A DNA stretch of 64,000 nt from Asterias rubens. Taxonomy: Eukaryota. The translations under genes were made by a program, and so were the position numbers. The stretch lies in NCBI RefSeq assembly GCF_902459465.1, contig NC_047067.1:12028001-12092000 (forward strand). Reading direction: 5' to 3'. The notes beneath the pieces are model-generated. The model saw only the letters and a program-made list of their open reading frames with translations, did no database searches and was not told where the DNA came from. This document shows positions 61,217-64,000 of the stretch, piece by piece; position 1 is the first letter of the stretch; every line of letters starts with the position of its first letter.

Positions 61217-61780
61217 CTGCATATTTAGACACTCAGAATGAAATTAACATAATCAACGTTTTATAATATTAATTTTCCTTTATGCTATTATATTACGTCC
61301 GAAGAAAAAGTTCAAAATGGTTGTGTTCTCACACGGCACTCTGAAGAGTTTGTGATTCTTAATAAAAAATAGACAGTATGCATACAGTTTCTTGGCTTAC
61401 GATATACGATGGGTCGTTCTATAAGGGTGTTGGGCTATTTGTTCGAGTTCCCTAAAAGGTCCATTCCAATCTTACAGCAACATTGAATAGAATATCATCC
61501 ACAATTAATTTTTTGAAGCATAATTGTCTGTGTGCTGATGATAATAAATTATGACGCAAAATGCATAGGTATTTCTAATCACTTTGAATCCGGAGTCACA
61601 TTTTTCCATATTGTGTACTGAATTAAACTGGCTTACTTTCAGAACTAGTCGTTTGACCAATACAATTTTAAGGTATTTTTAGTCATACTTTTAAAGAAAT
61701 TATAGTTAATAATTTTGCAGACTTTATGAAATCGCAAACAAAAAGAGATCAGAAATTGACAATAAAACGTCGCGTCCTAC

Positions 61781-61972
61781 CGCAATTGAAGTGGCGTTTA
61801 ATGACATCAGGTTCAGCGTCAAAGAACGGCTGTTTAGAGTGCACATGCCGATACACATGCTGTACAGGTTTAATGTTAACTCCTCCAAGCATAATCATGG
61901 AACAGTCGCAGGGTTCAGCAGGAGAAACTGTGACCCATTTCATCGTCATGTCTTGACTTTGCTCATGGCCGA
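61781..61972 (-). CDS. F-type-lectin-domain gene exon 2
   Basis: CTGCTCAG|TC...TGCG|GTAGGA; open, phase 1-1, 64 codons. Confidence 0.65.
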
Positions 61973-62899
61973 CTGAGCAGGTATGAGCATTTATGGTTAC
62001 CAGACAGAGAGCTGTTGATAAATTAACATTTTTGAAGGAAATGTTTATAAGAATATAGATTTGTATAATTATAATAGATTGATCAATGTTGCAATTTTTA
62101 TGGATTTTGCATAGTAACTGCTTTTGCATAATTTGGAGCTTCTGGTAATGAGGTTTATTGATCAAGAATGGTCTTCAAAGTGCTTGATTGGCAGAAGTAT
62201 TATTATTTTCATAAATATTCGTTGTTTTTTTTGGGAGGTCAAATTTATACGACTTTTTCATGTTTTGACCTTTTGATCATTACGTAGGCCTATGAAATTG
62301 CTATTAAGGACATTACAAATCTGAGCAATCGATTGTGTGCATTGTCACAAAATATATAAACGAGGTGAAAATCTGAACGAGAGGTTAAAGCCACTAAATG
62401 TTTAAACTCTGCGACAATACACGAAGGAAATGCATCCAATAATTGTCTTATAAATTATAGCTCGCACATATTTATTCCTGTCCATTGAATAATGCAAAAA
62501 CAGAAACGAAAACTTTTCCAACCTACACCGATTTTTGTTTCAAAAACACCATCTAAACAACGTGGATGGTTACACGTTTTTTAGGCGGGAAAAGAGTTGT
62601 TGTTGACAACGATGCTGCGAAGTGTCCAATAGTTATCAATGTTGGACTCCTAATAGTGAAGTCTGTTAGCGTCACATCATAGTTTCAAAATAAAGTATGA
62701 CAAATGGGCGGGGACATTTTTTTGGACAACGATGCTACGAGGTGTCCAATATAGTCCAATCAGTGTTGGACTCAAATGTTGAATTTTGGAGGGTCGCGGC
62801 AAAATGACAAAATTAAGATTACCTGTGATGCGCGTTCCGCCAATCAAACGTCAAAGGATCTGTGTATCTAGTTTATAATGCCTGCTAAAGACGTCTTTT

Positions 62900-63110
62900 T
62901 TCACACTACCGGTGTCTCATGGAAATCTGTGAATCTTGTTTTATTTAATATATAGGCTAAACCTTCGTGTTTTACATTTTGATTGTTTTTCTTGTATTGT
63001 TTACTCCTTGTATTGTTTATTTGATCTCTTGTTAATTTAAATGCAATTCAGCCCTTGGCTGCGATGGTCTTTGTTTTTAATAAACCATTTTGAATCAAAT
63101 CAAATCAAAA
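62900..63110 (+). mobile_element. 3' tail of a LINE-like retroelement
   Basis: AT-rich UTR, GCCCTTGGCTGCGA, AATAAA and an (AATCA)n tail. Confidence 0.45.
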
Positions 63111-63251
63111 TGGGAAATTAGCACGGGCCGAAAGAGGATTATTCAATAGAGGGCGCTATCAGAAGAAGATTGTACACACATTTCGCCGTATTGAGGTCGG
63201 GGATATCCTGCCACACCGGCACTGAATATTCAAATTTTAAATTAGACTCAC

Positions 63252-63285
63252 CAACTATCAGCAAGCTCATTATCACAACAGCCAT
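63252..63285 (-). CDS. F-type-lectin-domain gene, putative first coding exon (signal peptide)
   Basis: ATC ATG GCT Kozak-like context; MAVVIMSLLIV then G|GTGAGT (phase 1). Confidence 0.5.
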
Positions 63286-63414
63286 GATTCCTCTATCTAT
63301 GAATAAACCAAACAGTATCTTCAGAGCGTTGAGTAATAAACCTAAAGATACCATACAAAGTGGGGAATCCTTGAGAACCCATCGACCAAAATCGAAGATG
63401 CTGGTGCATTTACA

Positions 63415-63785
63415 CTCGGGTTCGTTCGATTAGCTTCCCAAGGGCTAAACGAACGATCACTCACCCTCTCGTAGTGACGTCATGCTGCACGTCGAGCCAG
63501 CCCCAAGTGAACCACTCCACAAGCGGGAGCACTAGGGGCTGACCCGGGCGCTAATTTTTTTCCCAAACGATATTGCAATGATTTGGTAAAAAAGTTTGCC
63601 AATTTCATTATGACGTAATTTTGACGGAAAGAGCCAGTTTTGACGGAAAGGGGAAACAAATACTGCAATGTCGTTTGGGAAAACAAAAATTCGCGACCCG
63701 GGTGAGCCCCTGGAATGGCGTCAAAGCTGTTCGAACCTACCGGGGCAGACCGGGGTCGACCCAGGGAAGCTAAACGAACGCGGCC
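63415..63785. mobile_element. MITE related to 41807-42292, opposite orientation, with an internal insertion
   Basis: GTTCGTTCGATTAGCTTCC...GGGAAGCTAAACGAACGC. Confidence 0.65.
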
Positions 63786-64000
63786 TATAAAAACTCAAGG
63801 AGGGCCTGGTGCCTTTCTGGGTCAAGGTGACCCGAAATATGCGTGGAAATGAACCAACAATGGTCAAACCGACGTAGAATCCCGGAGCAAAAATTCAATA
63901 TTTAAACAAGTTTTTGACTACCGTAGATGCATCAGGTTTCACTGGAACCCGAATTCTATAGGTCAATTTTCAGTGGGGGTTGCTTTAGTGCATCTTACAA

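Noticed and set aside
63139-63354. Longer N-terminal ORF or a 30-nt intron at 63251-63222
   Set aside because: A 30-nt intron is implausibly short, and the GTGAGT donor joins exon 2 in phase. An upstream start cannot be excluded.

Overview
AT-rich, repeat-dense animal genomic DNA. An echinoderm, probably a sea star, is inferred from the repeat and lectin content. Three host genes can be built by hand from splice sites and reading phase: (1) an intronless secreted C-type lectin + PAN/apple gene (+, 35375-36127); (2) a 3-exon LURAP/FAM89-family adaptor gene (-, 48408-42550) that the ORF track splits; (3) a 12-exon, 519-aa gene (-, 63285-52394) with an uncharacterised domain and two non-canonical F-type lectin domains, one intron being GC-AG. 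The best find is a tyrosine-recombinase retrotransposon (DIRS group, PAT-like; -, 28027-33658) with both ends intact. Its split direct repeats are arranged A-BA-B, and the internal BA junction lies entirely inside a 529-nt GT-AG intron of gag. The element sits inside a MITE and carries a solo LTR in its RT. The rest is decayed LINEs (Rex/Babar, L1/Tx1, L2, RTE), tRNA-derived SINEs, an internally deleted Harbinger, Penelope-like fragments, many TTAA- and CWG-type MITEs, minisatellites, and an unexplained 14-21.5 kb region of locally duplicated exon-like units. All family assignments come from motif recognition; no database search was run.
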